From Eutreptiella sp. 'Long Island Sound 2002' (Eukaryota > Protista > Euglenida), in contig OZ038378.1 in assembly GCA_964036045.1 (NCBI GenBank), forward strand, positions 159,030,001 to 159,094,000: 64,000 nucleotides of DNA, written 5' to 3'. A model generated the notes under the pieces. That model saw only the letters and a list, made by a program, of their open reading frames with translations, was not told the DNA's origin and ran no database searches. The position numbers were made by a program, and so were the translations under genes. Position 1 is the first letter of the stretch. Each line of letters begins with the position of its first letter. Below, piece after piece: positions 11,836 to 24,781 of this stretch.

Positions 11836-13995
11836 ACAAACAAAAGCAGTATAAGCGACCCCATGGACGGGGGCCCATAAGAGACCCCGAAGGCCGCCAC
11901 GAACATTTGTGCGGAAGATTTTGACAAGCGGGCATGCAGCGATTCAGAAGCCGTGCCAACCGCCAACAACGGATGCCATAACCCTCGCGGCCTTTGCGGA
12001 CACAAAGCTTTCAGCCTTGCTCAAGTTGGCAAATACCACCCCGCTAGACGGCCACGTAAAAACACTCCTCCACCACCTCCTACAAGACCAAGGCGACTAC
12101 ATCTTTCCCCAAGAGTTTGGCCTCCCCGCCAACTTATGGCAGCCTTCACCCTAGGCCGACAAATCCACAATGGCGTCATGGACACCTAGATTTGGCACTG
12201 GAACACCAACAAACCACACATAGACGCTGACAGGGTCTAGGTCTTGGCCCTCACCCGGATCACGACCCCAACCCCCCGTCACCTCCCAAAAAAAAGGCAG
12301 GGCAGAGTGCGCATTCCTTTGGCCTCGGTCCCGACACGCCTCAATGTCCCACCAACCGACGACCTGCATAACTGAGAAAAGACCACCTTCCGGGACGCAA
12401 CGCCATCTTCCACAACCAGAGCATTGAAACCTCGGTAGCACCAGGGCCAACGTCAAAGCCTACGGCGAACAACTACGCACGCCCCGTCCTCTTTGTCCTC
12501 ATTGAGGCGGGCTATTTCTAGCCTAGGCCATACCCCATCCACAGCAGCAATGACGAGAGTGCAAGAGTGCCGTGTGGTGAGGTCCCTGCTAACCGCCCAA
12601 AAGGGCATGGCACCGTTGTCACTACACGGCCAATGCGGTAATGGCGGTGAATGCCTCTACCTGCTACCCGCCATCCTAGTGGATGGCCCACGTGGTTTGC
12701 TACATGTTGGTGGATGGCCAGTGGCTCCGAAGGCAACTGAGGTTGTATGTGATGTGTCACTGAGACTGAGGTTGTATCTAATTGGGCGCTGTGGTTGAGC
12801 TGGGTTGGGCCTGTGATGCCAGATCATCCCTCTAGATTCTACTTCATGTTGCCATTGAGAGCACAAAGTAAATCGCGTTTACCTCTCTGTAGGAGGTCTA
12901 AACATGCACACCAAAATAAACAGAACTCCAAGTCGGGTAACTTTTCTTGGGTTTTGTCAATTGTTAGTCACCGTTCTTGGGATCGTCAATTGTTAAACGC
13001 ACTAAAGGCATGCTCATCGGGCCTTACATAAAACAGCTGCAAAACTCAAAATGAACATGATTTTACACCCATCTTCATCGTGCATTAAAGTACATTGTTT
13101 ATATCCGCGTCATACTCGCGCACTTTCTCCGGTTGCCACTGGCATCTGCACACCTGCACCACCATTCTAAGCCCATTGCACACGTGCTGCCGTGGTTAGA
13201 AAGTCTGTAGGAGTACATTGCCAGCACACTAACATTTCTAGTATGCCACAATGAATCAAAAGGGTAATCCGTTCCCTAATTTAGCATATAAAATGTTCTG
13301 CTAGGCTCAAGTGCACTGTTCACCCCACGTGGGCGGTGGGTTGTGCTAGCCTTTTCCAAAACCAGAGAAAAAACAAAGTTTTTGCCGAACAACTAAATAA
13401 GCTTGCATTGTGTCACTGTTGCACCTCACACCCTACTTGTATGCCCATGTAGTGGGTTGTGCTAACATTTTTTTTTGACACTAAAAAGACACTTCACGGT
13501 AAAAACTAACAAGGCAGTGCTACTTATGCACACCTACAAACAAGGCTGTCACAAGCCATACAGAAAAAAAATACAATCAATTTCTAAAATGAACAAAAAC
13601 ACAAGCAGGTTAGGAAGCAAAGGAGACAGATTTTTGTAAACGTTGTTTTCTTCATCTCAATGCATAAGCCCGCTTAGTCATATATAGTAAGCCGTCACCT
13701 GTGCAACTGAGTGTGAAGTTACTTCTCTCTTTGTTGCTATGCTCTCAAGCTGGTCCTCAAGCTTGCCTATGACACAAAAAACAGAACAGTGAGCAAACAA
13801 ACACGGCAAACGAACACACTGAAGGCATCTTGACTGAGGATCACATAAAACAGCTGCAAAACTCAAAATCAACATGATTCCATACCGATTTTCATCATGC
13901 AACAAAATACAACATTTATCCCTACACTGCAATGGCGCATCCTATATCTCCAGTCGCGACTAGCATGTTAGTCGGCCGGTGGCATGGTTCAATGA

Positions 13996-14326
13996 AGGTT
14001 CGGAACCGGTTTTACCAATTAATCGGAAAAACCGGTTATCAACAATAATCGGAGGTTTTTTTCAAAGCAATCGGCACAACCGGTTATTTTGAAAACTAAT
14101 TTAAACCAATTAATCGGAATGGTTCCAAATTTTTTGGGCTCTCTTCGGCGGTGCATTTTGTCCCATTTTTGTCCTAAACAGAGGTTTTGGTAGCAATAAA
14201 CGATGGCCGATGGTGACCTACAACTTTTCACATACTTTTGATCACGGTGCTCCGACTTGTGTGGCCTCTCTTCTGCCGTTGGCAAGATTTTGGTTAATAA
14301 AGGGCAAATAATCGGGAAAACCGGCT
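13996..14326. mobile_element. Truncated MITE-like repeat related to 16978-17402, abutting the gag 3' end
   Basis: Shared blocks (ggttcggaacc; ttttggtagcaa-aaac-gatg; aatcgggaa-ac-gg) with the 16978-17402 element. Confidence 0.55.
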
Positions 14327-15711
14327 TGACCTGCTTCTCCAGGTACTTGGTCTTGCAGCACTGCAGGAGCAGATCGCACCTGACTCGCCCACTAGCATGG
14401 GTTTGGCCGGTCATTCGGAGGAACCGGCAGAAGTTCACAGCGAACTCGCTGAGATCCTTGCCTGTGAACTCAGGCAAGTTCACCACAATTTTGGAGGTGG
14501 CGATTGCCTTAGCCTCCTGAGACCTGCGTCCCTCAGGACGCTTGGTCTTCCTCGTCCTCTTCTTCTTCCGCCCGCTCGGGTTCTCGGGGTCCTCAGGGCC
14601 GTCGTCCTCCGAGGACGAAGCAGAAGTCATGGACGGCGGCTCATCGTCAGAGGGGTCTCCGCCTAGGTCACTAGAGCCGTAGGGCTCCACATCAACCATT
14701 GCCCTCAGGGTTGTCAGCCCCAGCCGGTCCCGCTCGGCTCTCGTGGGATTCTCCACATGGCTGTAGGGAGGCTGGGCCGTTCTCGGTATGAAAGGGCTTC
14801 TCGGTATCACAGCAGGGGTCGGCATCGGTGGGCTCCTTAGGCTTCCCAGGGTGGTTGTCAACCCCACCACCAGGTGGTTGGCTTGTACTTGGAGAGTCGA
14901 AATTCCCGCCATGGTAGGTGACGATTGGGGAGGAATCAGGGGCTCCAGTTTAGCCCTAATCTCTTGAGTGAGATCACCAACAAGTTCAGAGGTGGCTCCT
15001 CGGAGGGCCTCTTTAATCTCCGACCGCGTCAGGGACCTGTTGGAGGATCTCCCCGATCCTCTACTCCTGCTCCCGCATGACTCAGGGCCTCTCCTCAGCC
15101 CACTCAAGGTTGCATACCCATGAAACATCCACATATGCTCCCGTAGCAGGTAGAGGATGGTGATAGTCAGCCGCTTACTCGCGCAGCGCAGAACTGGAGG
15201 CCACCGGCTCACTGGTAGTAGTTGCCTCTGGAAACGCAGTGGTGGCTGGGTCCACACCATAGGCAGGGTAGGTAGGCATGCTAGTAAAGCCTTTGCCCTC
15301 AGCCATAGGCGGGTTGGTTATGGGTGTGGATGTTGCAACAGCTGGTTTTGGAGTTGGGAGTGTGGTGGTTGTAAGAGAGGGTAATGCGTGGAGGCCAGAG
15401 GCGCTTGGTGCGCCCTCGAAGGTTGACTCGCTCGTCGGGTCGTGCCCATGGTCCACTCCTTCGCCTGCCATGCTTTCTCTTGCATCCGTCTCTCTCTCCC
15501 TCTTTCTCTTCACAGGGTTGGTGTTCACCTCCTCGACTCAGAGGGCCCTGAAGGCCCATTGCAGTCCCTCCAGCGAGTCATCAACTACGTCCACCGGCCC
15601 ATGTAAGGGCACAGAAGGTACAGCGTCAGGTCCAGGTCCAGGCACTACAGGCGCTAGCATTGCTGGTGTCTCAGGCACCGTCTTCACGTCGGTGTCCTCC
15701 TTCGTGTCCAT
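14327..15711 (-). pseudogene. Retrotransposon gag-like pseudogene
   Basis: Starts MDTKEDTDVK at 15711, has an in-frame TGA at 15538-15540 and a later frameshift. Acidic/basic linker, then SKIVVNLPEFTGKDLSEFAVNFCRFLRMTG...LLLQCCKTKYLEKQVK (capsid-like). Cut at about 14327 by a MITE. Confidence 0.6.
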
Positions 15712-15996
15712 ACTTCTTCTCGCCCTTCTTGCTTAGGACAGTCTTCGGCGCGCTGGGTGTACGGCACGGGGTTGCTGCCGGCACGCAGAGACTGTCTGCC
15801 TCTTGCTACCAGAAAGTTTTATAGTGTTTTCAGCACTGTGTTTTTGATGTACTTCTCTTGCTGCTTGCTGCTGGTGATGGGATCCTGCTGCTTGTTTTTG
15901 ATATTGAAAATGTTTTGGTGATATAAAACCAATCAAGTGCAACCCAAACCAAAGTAGTATGCAAGTAGAAGGTAAACAGGATAACAAAAAAGGGGG

Positions 15997-16020
15997 CGAA
16001 AAAAATAGACACTCAGAAAG
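15997..16020 (-). other. Spliced-leader (SL) mini-exon relic, Euglena type
   Basis: Minus strand reads CTTTCTGAGTGTCTATTTTTTTCG. The Euglena gracilis SL as I recall it is ACTTTCTGAGTGTCTATTTTTTTTCG. The next bases are CCCCC, not a GT donor, so this is not an SL RNA gene. Confidence 0.85.
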
Positions 16021-16244
16021 ATATCAACAATAGACCACAGCAACAAACATTCAATGCAACTCAGGTTGAAATATTTTACATGATTGAGAAAAACTGACTG
16101 GAAAACTGCCCCAAGGGCTCACACTCTCCATAGTGCCATCTAGAGATGTGCACTCTTTGTTTTTGGGTCCCATAGGTGCTGAGGTGGCATGGCTTGTGGC
16201 GCTGAGGTCACTGCCATGTCACATGGGAACTTCCTACTTAGCTA

Positions 16245-16323
16245 GGCTGACTAGGTATTGAACCCAGGACCTCTCAAAAAGAGGTATCCCAGCCCCTAGG
16301 ATGCATACCACTAGGATAGCTAA
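16245..16323 (-). pseudogene. tRNA-like/SINE-head relic
   Basis: Minus strand TAGCTATCCTAGTGG (A-box-like) ... GAGGTCCTGGGTTCAATACC (B box/T-arm). Confidence 0.4.
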
Positions 16324-16977
16324 GAATTCATGAGAAAACATAGATAAATTCATAGGCTCTGCCTCAGTATATCAGTGCCTTAGTCAACTCAGGAAAAGAT
16401 GTTTTAGTGCACATTGCTTGGGGATGAAGGGGTCCACACAACATCCTGATTTAGTGTTTGGTTCCATAGGTCAAAATGTGTTATCACCCATTTTGGTTAG
16501 GCCAATACTAAGATAAAAATGCAAGAGTGCTTAGAGCACCTCTAATACAACTAAAGTATACCCTAAAGCATTGGAAAAGCACTTTTTCTTACTACATCGC
16601 CTAACTTCATCACTAGCATGGTCCCATGAACGGCAGTGCGTGCTACCAAAGTAGAGCACCCAATTCTCCGCAAAATCCGGCATCGCCGCAACGTGCCAAC
16701 GATGGCAACCTGCAATGTAATGACCCATCCCCCCCTATGAAGAAGAGAAGGGTAACCCAACCCAGACATGAACTTAACCCGGCGAACACATCTACAATAT
16801 GGTGAAGTCTGCAAAGTAGGTACCCGGGTGCCCAGGGGCCCCGCCCCCTTAACCTCCTTCACAGCTGCGGACGGCCCCGATACCCGAATAACCTATACAA
16901 TGGGAACATTATCACCCGACTTAGCGCGCACCCAGGCCTTAGTGAGTAGGAGCTTGGAAACCCTGATCATGAGGATG

Positions 16978-17402
16978 TAGGGTTCGAAACAGGTTTTATT
17001 AGTGAAAGAGGAAAAGCAATTGTCGGCAGATGTTGGGGTTGGTCGAAAAAAAATGGGCACGGCGGTTTTTTTGTAAAGAAAAAAACAAAAACTAATTTAA
17101 CCACTTCATCGGAATAGTTGTAAAATGTTGAGAGTCTATGCAATAATACATTGTGCCCGAAATTTGTATTCAAAATGGGCTTTGGTAGCAAAAACTGATG
17201 AAGGATGGTGAAATACATCTTTGCATGTGTCCCAACTCCTATGGTCTCTTTTATGATGCATCCCCAAAAAATTGAAATATGAAAGGCAATTCATCGGGAA
17301 GACTGGGTATTTCGAAAACGATTATTCAGCAAAACCGTTGTTTTTTGTACCAATGATTGTTAAAACCCGGTTGTTATCAAAACTAGTAGGTTCCAAACCC
17401 TA
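16978..17402. mobile_element. MITE with TAGGG...CCCTA termini (hAT-like, or TA-flanked)
   Basis: Imperfect TIR TAGGGTTCGAAAC / GTTCCAAACCCTA. The 8-bp flanks TGAGGATG and AGTGGATG match at 6/8. Confidence 0.6.
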
Positions 17403-17436
17403 AGTGGATGGCCCATGGTGGCCTCGGGGGACCCGG

Positions 17437-18281
17437 GGCTTGGGTATAAAACCACCCCCAAATTGGGGATAAAACCACCCCCAACCCCCTTTTTGGCCAT
17501 TTTTGACCATTGGAGTGGCCTTATGCCACCTAGGGGTGGTTTTATCCCCCTTTTTGAAGGGTTGGTTTTATCCCCTCAAAGGGGTGGGTTTATCCCCCCA
17601 TTGGGTCATTTTGGCGGGGGGGGTATCACCCCTTTGGGGTGGTCTTATCCCCCCCTTTTGGTGATCTTATCCCCCCATTGGGCGGGGGGGGGGGGGGGGG
17701 GCGGGGTTGTCCCCCTTTAAGTAGTATGGCCCATCTCTATGTTGACCTAGAACCACAGTACTGAAAAGCAAGTTGCCTTAGGTCTACATGTTGTGTTTTA
17801 AAGAGAACACCCTTGGGATGGGGGCGGGTGCCTCCCCCATTCCATTTCAGGTATACAAGTTGGGAAGGTGATGGAGGGTAAAAGAACGACATATGGTTTT
17901 GCACTCGGTGTTTTGCTTCACATTGCTCTTCGTTATGTGTTATAGGATGTGCGACCTGGCTGGGGACAATTTTACAAATAGGGTCTGAGATGGGATTGCT
18001 ATTCATCCAGTTCGACTTGCCTTGCTTTTGTGGCAGCATTGCTCAAACTGCTTTCGTTTTCTATGTTGTGTCATTTGTTGCTTTGGGGGCATAAAACCAC
18101 CCTAGGGTGGTTTTATCACCCCAAAGGGGGTGGTTTCATTCCCCAAAATGGGTGGTTGTATCCCCCCTAACGGGTGGTTTGTCCCCCAAAATTGATGGTT
18201 TTATTCCCCTTAAAAGTGGGCATAAAACCACCCAGGGTGGTTTTATCCCCCATTTGGGGGTGGTCTTATGCCCGGGCCCAC
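17437..18281. mobile_element. MITE-like element with ~45-bp imperfect TIRs and internal ATAAAACCACC palindromes
   Basis: Left end gggcttgggtataaaaccacccccaaattggggataaaaccacc matches the reverse complement of the right end. Perfect palindrome at 18091-18116. No clear TSD. Confidence 0.55.
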
Positions 18282-18299
18282 TCTTTGACCTACCCGACC

Positions 18300-18500
18300 C
18301 TAGCATTGGATCTATGGGTGGACCACCACCAGAATTGTCGGACGGACCCTCACCAGCCCTAGTTCCAAACCCCTCTGCAAGTGGGTCACGGTCGTCGAAA
18401 CGGCATCAGCCGGATCATGGACCATGCCGGGTCAACTCAGCCGCGTCACCCGGGTCTTGAACGGCATGGCGGATGGACTAAGCCGCGTCGCCCACATCTT
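18300..18500 (+). pseudogene. Retroelement RNase H C-terminal fragment
   Basis: RVTRVLNGMADGLSR resembles the H-V-x-R-x-x-N-x-x-A-D-x-L-S motif. Confidence 0.4.
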
Positions 18501-19524
18501 GGACCATCTTTTTCCACTCCGGCGGCCCGCAACCTGCCACCGGCTATCACTTGCTATACAATTTGGAGACTTCTTCACAGAGAGATGCCCAAAAAGAATT
18601 AATATTCCATATGAAATTGCTTTCCTGTATCAGCATCTTATAATCCAAAAAATGCGGTTTATTCCCACGCCACAAATCGTGCATCCCATCCCCACCAAAC
18701 AATACAGTTACAACATAGCTATGGAGCTGTTGAAAGCGCACTGTGCTCATAAAAAACAAACATTTCAAAGCAATGTACACCCTGTTTGGAGGTAGGTAGC
18801 GACGCGTTGGCCGAAAAGAATGTGGCATGCAACAACATTCTCCTCCAATCCCAAAACCTAACCCTGTTAAGGAGTATGGGGGCGTTGGCACCAGGTAGTA
18901 GTGTTTTCTATCTCCGAAGCACTACGAGCGAGCGTGTGCTGGCCACCATTGTGGGCACGTCATCAAAACTGGACTGTGTGGCAATCCAATGTGAACAGTC
19001 TGGCCATTCCCTGGTCTGACGTTGCACTGCGCGCACCGCGCGTTCAACACCCTCAATGCTTCCAAATCTGTTTGTTGGAATGTCAGCCAGCCTGTCCAGG
19101 GGTGTAACAAAACCTTTACACTGCATGCATGCATGCCATTCGCTTGGGACATATTGTATTACTGGAGTTTCATGCACCCCACGCATCTTCACTGAATGCT
19201 GTTTGGTTGAGAATACAGAATGCCTGTGGCCCTGGTCCCACACCCACATACCCACAGGCAGTCAATGAACAAACACACAACCACTCACTGTACAACACAA
19301 CATGTGTTCAGCAGCATTGGCTACAGAGAATGAAACACAAGCAAAATACTGAACCTTGGAAAGCATATCCTGAACATGGTGGTATTGGGACTCCACTCCT
19401 TGCCATGAGCCACAGCAACATTAACCCATGTACGTCCTGCCCATATTCCCTTGTCTGGGAGAAACCATTAAACTGGTGCAGATAATTTCCAGCATTCAAC
19501 CCCAACAGTACAAGGCGCACAACC

Positions 19525-19904
19525 CTGCATAAAACAATATGGGAAGGAAATCATATTAAGGAGCAATAGTCCATGGGGCTTCTACCCATTCCAGCCCCCA
19601 AACTCACCCTGACTACTTTCCGGCACACCGCAACCCTGGAGCTCCCCCCACGCGGCCCTACCGGTTGCTCCGACCTGCCAAGCAGGCGGCCCCGCCTCCA
19701 CCTGATGTAGCTGCAGTGGGCTCGAGTCACCAAGCGGCACTGCCGGCGGGGCGAGCGGCAGCGCCCGGCGATTTGTCTCAGCGCGTAGATGCGCTAACTC
19801 CCCCGGATGCACCTCTAGGATGGGCTCCGCCGTCGCCGTCGTCACCCCCGGTGCAGATGGAATACACCTCGGAGGAAGGGCCCTCTGCATAAAACAATAT
19901 GGGA
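19525..19904. repeat. 20-bp exact direct repeats flanking a 340-bp GC-rich segment
   Basis: CTGCATAAAACAATATGGGA at 19525-19544 and 19885-19904. Confidence 0.8.
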
Positions 19905-22900
19905 TGTAAACGACCTCGTTGATGACCTCACTCCATGCATGGATCATTGATCCTGACTACCGACTACCATTCACACCAAAACACACGGCACAGAAATAGG
20001 GCTAGCGACACAAAGACACAGCTTACACTCTAACTCATGCATGGAAAACACAGATATCACCTCCAAATCAGCCCTATCCTCACTTCCCAATCTCCAAAGT
20101 GAAAGTCAAAAAGCAAAAGGCAATGGCTCACCCTGTTGCACATTGCAAGCATCACCCAAGTGCAAGCCCATAACTAGCACTGTGCTTCTGTTCTTGGAGG
20201 TGACACAAAGGCTCTTGGCAGGCATATTGATGAGGCAATTCAGGCTCAAACTTGAAAAAACTCGTGGGCGCCATAGCGTCATGCATGGGCCTCTGTGTTT
20301 GAGCCCTTTGCTGTGTTCCCCAAAGGCGAGAAAGCAGGTGCACAGAGGTCTGGCAGGTTGAATTTGAGGAAAGCAATGAAAGCAAATAGCTGCTCACTGC
20401 AACCTTGGGCTTCAACTTACTGAACAAATGCACAAATGGCCATGCAAACCACCCTAAAATCGCAAAAGCTGACTGAAGATGGCACATGATATGGGCCCTT
20501 CAGCAGGAATTCTGTATTTCTGCACAAATGCATCCTTCACTGAGCAGTTGAGTACTTGTGCATAAAGCACCAAGAGATATTTGATTGAGATAGGCAGGTG
20601 CAATACAACAAAAGGATCAGCCTCTTCCCTTAGGATGACTAAACACCACCCCCAGTGAATGCATAGTAACCTTGTATAACCGCATCCCCCAACTCTTGTC
20701 CATGTTACGTGGAGGTTTCGTTTTCTGGTTTTTTTGTCCGGCCTTAGTGGACAGAGAAAGGCTCCATGGTGGCGCTCGAGAGGAACTTGGAATAAAGTAT
20801 CAGAACTGACAAATTCTGCACTAATTCATAATACAACGTGGCCAACAGGCGTGACACGCAGTCAGGGAAGCTCCACCTGACACCCAAACCCGCCAAAAAT
20901 AGCAAACTTGAGATCCCTCCAAGACACCGGGCCAGTGTATGCACAATGAACTTGTTGTATGCATCACAATGCCCCCAAGAATTCCGCAGAACTGCATGCA
21001 ACTGCGCTCAAACATGAGAGAAACCCCCCCACACCCAACTGACAATTCCTGGTGCTGGTCGCTGAGGCCAGGCTGGCCCGGCTTGCATAAAGCTGGAGGC
21101 AGCCCGTGGCCAGGGGATTTGATGCTGCACACGCATCCGGCAGATGCAGCCAAGCAGCCCAAACCTGCAGCCCATTTGCACAATATAAATAGAAGAATGT
21201 TGTGGTATGCCGCATCCGACGTGTCAGGGAGGAATGAATGCTGTCACAGGCGATCTTGTTGGCAAGAGCGCACTGTGACCGTGTATAAATAGAAAAATGC
21301 TGTGGTATGTCGCATCCGACGTGTCAGGGAGGGACAAATGCTGCTACAAGAGAGAAATGCACTGAGACAGCGATCTGCAAATTTGCATGCTGAAGGCATC
21401 TGGATCCAGCCCCAAGCTGCAGGGCAAGAACAGACTGCATCGGGTGCAAAATGAATTTACAGCATAACAGCCAAGGCAAATGGCCGTGGAAGAAAAATGG
21501 CATATTGCACAAGCACAAAGGTGCACAAGATGGTGGGGAGGTAGCTACTGGGCAGGGCCTCGGAGAGGGAAAAGGTTGCAGATGTGTACAATGGGTTACA
21601 AAATAGCTTGGAAGCATCCATACAGGCGCCACCAATGGCTCCTTTGGCGGCATGACCATTCGCCCCTTTGCACGCGATGAAGCAGGGGCCGTGTTAACCC
21701 GCTGCCCCAGTCCCCACCTGTCGGTTTGCACTGATGTGGTATAGCATAAACCTGGACCCCGATACGTTTGGATGGACCGGGGAAGAAGCCAAAGAGCCCC
21801 TGACTGATGCTCCCACCCCACAAGATAGATGAATCAAAGCCTCAGCACATCAAGCAAAGGGGAGATGAAAGGAGGCTGTCAGGGCAGACACAGCTGCTCC
21901 TGTGCAAGTGCAGGCCGGGGGTTGACTTGGTGTTCAGCCCCCATGCTATCACCCTGGCAACCTTATGCACAATCGCGAATTCCTAACGCAAATTCGACTT
22001 TGAGCCTCAACGCCACAATCTTGGACAACCAAATACCCGACTTGTGGGCACATCAGGCGTCAAGAGTGGCCAAGCACTTGAGACCCCGCAACTGTGCCTG
22101 CATCCAAGCAATGACAGAACCTGAGCCTGATTGTGCCCATGACATAGACATCAAGAGGGCAAACACTTCAGAGGGTTCCTGTGTGCTTTGCGCAGTGCAC
22201 AGCAAAGGCTGCTACAAGTGGGGACCACACCCCAAGCACTGCACGCTACAAACTGTCACATCATGCTGCCTTGGCGCAGCCACTGACTGGACAGAATGAC
22301 AGTGATGAGCCTGACATTATGACCCGTCACAGCTCCAACACAGGCCGAGGCCTGACACCAAGAAACAGCCTTGCCAACCCGACAAGGGCTGTTGACGTTG
22401 GCTTGCACAGCCTGACCGAAGCGGGTGGGCCATCTGGAGCACAGTGCAGAACCAGAGAAGCGGGGCCCAACGGAAAATCTTGCAGGCCTCGGCTTGGTCA
22501 CCAATGGTGGCAGCAGCAATATGATAGGGAACGGTCTGCCAAGCCCACGTTAGAAAGAGGGCAGGGGCTGGAAGGAGAGTGATACAGGGTCAGCGTTGCG
22601 AGCTGCTTCCAAAGAGTGCGTTGTCATACTGGTGTATTCCAGAAAAAGCGCCCGCACTTGTCTGCTGGAGGCTGCAATGGGGTTCTTTCAAAACCCCATC
22701 AAAATTTGTACTTTATGCAGAATCACTTTTAGAAAAAAGTTAGACTCAGGAGAGTATGGGGAGGTGTTCCTGTTACTGTGAAAAACCTCTTATCACAACC
22801 TGACAGGAAGTGACAATAGACAAAAATTTGAGACATATGAGACAAGACAATAGGTATGCAGCAAAACATTAATACTGCTCGAAAGGTTTTCCAATCTGTT

Positions 22901-23078
22901 GTCACAGATTCGTGTATTCAAGAATTTACTTACAGATGGATGTCCTGCAGCAAAATAACAGAAAAGCAGTGAACTGTAGTAATGTGTGTGCGGCTGTGTG
23001 GGTGGGTGTGCGTGCATGAGTGTATGTTCATGCGAGTGCGTGTGTGTGATGTCCAAGACAATTCAAAGCATGCTCAGA

Positions 23079-23079
<1 letters not shown>

Positions 23080-23119
<40 letters not shown>

Positions 23120-23124
23120 TGTGT
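23080..23124. repeat. (TG)n microsatellite
   Basis: Direct read. Confidence 0.95.
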
Positions 23125-24420
23125 AGTTTCTCTCAGTGTTAAAAGCAGCTGTAGGAGGGAAACCAGCGTGGGTCTGCAAGGAGCACGCTGTCATGCAGGG
23201 CCAGACAGGTCTGAGCCGCACTGCACAGCCTTCCCTATCTTGCCTGCCTATCCTTGGTTAGAACCTCCGTGTAGGTGGCCACATGTCTTCCCCTGCTGCT
23301 CGCCCATGTAGGGTCAAACCTAACACCCTAAGAATTGGAATGGGGTTCTTCCTTCCTTCGAGCATTCATGGTCTACTTCTTTGATCTGATATGGACAATC
23401 CCCACCTCAATGTATACCCCCCGAGAATTTATACCCCCCTAGGCTTAAAGGGCGTTTTGCCAAACTCTGTACCCCCTCCCCTCGAGAGACGTACAAGCAC
23501 ATAGAACATGACAAATCAAGGAAACAATTTTAGTACCACTGCAAAGGTCAGTTGAAGAACAAAGTGATGGTGGTTTGCGTCTTGACATTGGAAACACTAG
23601 TCAAGGCATGGGTCATAACATCAGCTTCTTGTTTTTGCACTCATGAAGATGTCAACATTCATGAAAATGGCAACACACATGTTCAATTCCAAATCAGATT
23701 CAGAATCTGAATGTTCCATGCACCAACAAAAATCAAGACTGAACAACAAAGGAGAAGGAACATGCTTAGGCATTGCGGCTGGTCGCGGCGACTCAATGTC
23801 GACACTTTTGTGTTTGAGTTGACAAAACCAATCATCACTGAAATTTGGCTGACAATCGATTATTATAAGCATATTCAAACCTTCCTTGAAATTCTGTCTC
23901 CAAAAAGTATCAACTTTCTAATTTTGGCGAAATTACTGATTTTGATGCTGCTGCAACAAATTGCCAGGTTGATCATTAAACTCCATTTGCAGCACACTAT
24001 CAGTGCCCCAAGCGCTAAGATACGATCAGTGAGATTAACTAGATAGCTATTAGCCCTGACAGCAGGGATTTATGGAGCTATGCAGGCTGTGGAAAAAGCT
24101 CGACAGGTTATTCTCCATCGTGCGTAGCCTACAATCCAAGCAGACAGCAAGCAGGTCAGCAGGCCTGCAGGTTGATGAGACAGTGATACGCTATGGCCTC
24201 GTGTCGCAAGAGGAACGGGACTACAAGTCAAAACCGCTGCGAGTGGCAAGAATGGCCGACCAACATTGGGGCGCTGCCTTGATTCAAAAGGACACCTCAT
24301 GCCTCACCTGTTGTACACTCCCCTCCCCAAGGCGAACATGCAAGCTGACGAGACCGAGAAGGATGTACGGAATGTGACCAGCCAAGAAGACGCAGCCAAA
24401 CTGCGCATCAGTTAGTTGAG

Positions 24421-24781
24421 CCCCCCCCCTTGTCTAAGCAACGGTAAATGACCAAAAAGTGAGGGAACCAACGCCTAGTGTTGCTTGGACAAGGGTGTTG
24501 CTTATGCTCCGCAACTTGTGTGATACACGTGTAGACATGATGTACTATTGTGAAAACCAAGAGGTAAAACATGCTACATATGCCCTCTTGGCCAACAAAG
24601 CTACCTTGACACAAAATATGAACTTCGTGCTTCTCAAAACTAGGGTATGAGAAGCACACATGGCACACAGTAGAACTAATTGAAAAACGCAATGCCAAAA
24701 TCAACAGTGCAAAAATTGACGGAACCAACGCCTAGTGTTGTTTGGACATAGGCGTTGCTTGGACAAAGGGGGGGGGGGGGG
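24421..24781. mobile_element. MITE-like element with C/G-run TIRs
   Basis: C9-TTGTCTAAGCAACG ... CGTTGCTTGGACAAA-Gn. Internal direct repeat GGAACCAACGCCTAGTGTTG near 24465 and 24721. No TSD seen. Confidence 0.55.

Noticed and set aside
14037-16032. 11-bp match TATCAACAATA as the TSD of the SL-gag retrocopy
   Set aside because: The left copy lies inside a MITE-like repeat rich in similar motifs, and the implied empty site is not parsimonious.
21890-21950. SWIM-like CSC...C motif suggesting a MULE transposase
   Set aside because: The final His is lacking and no DDE motifs were found nearby.
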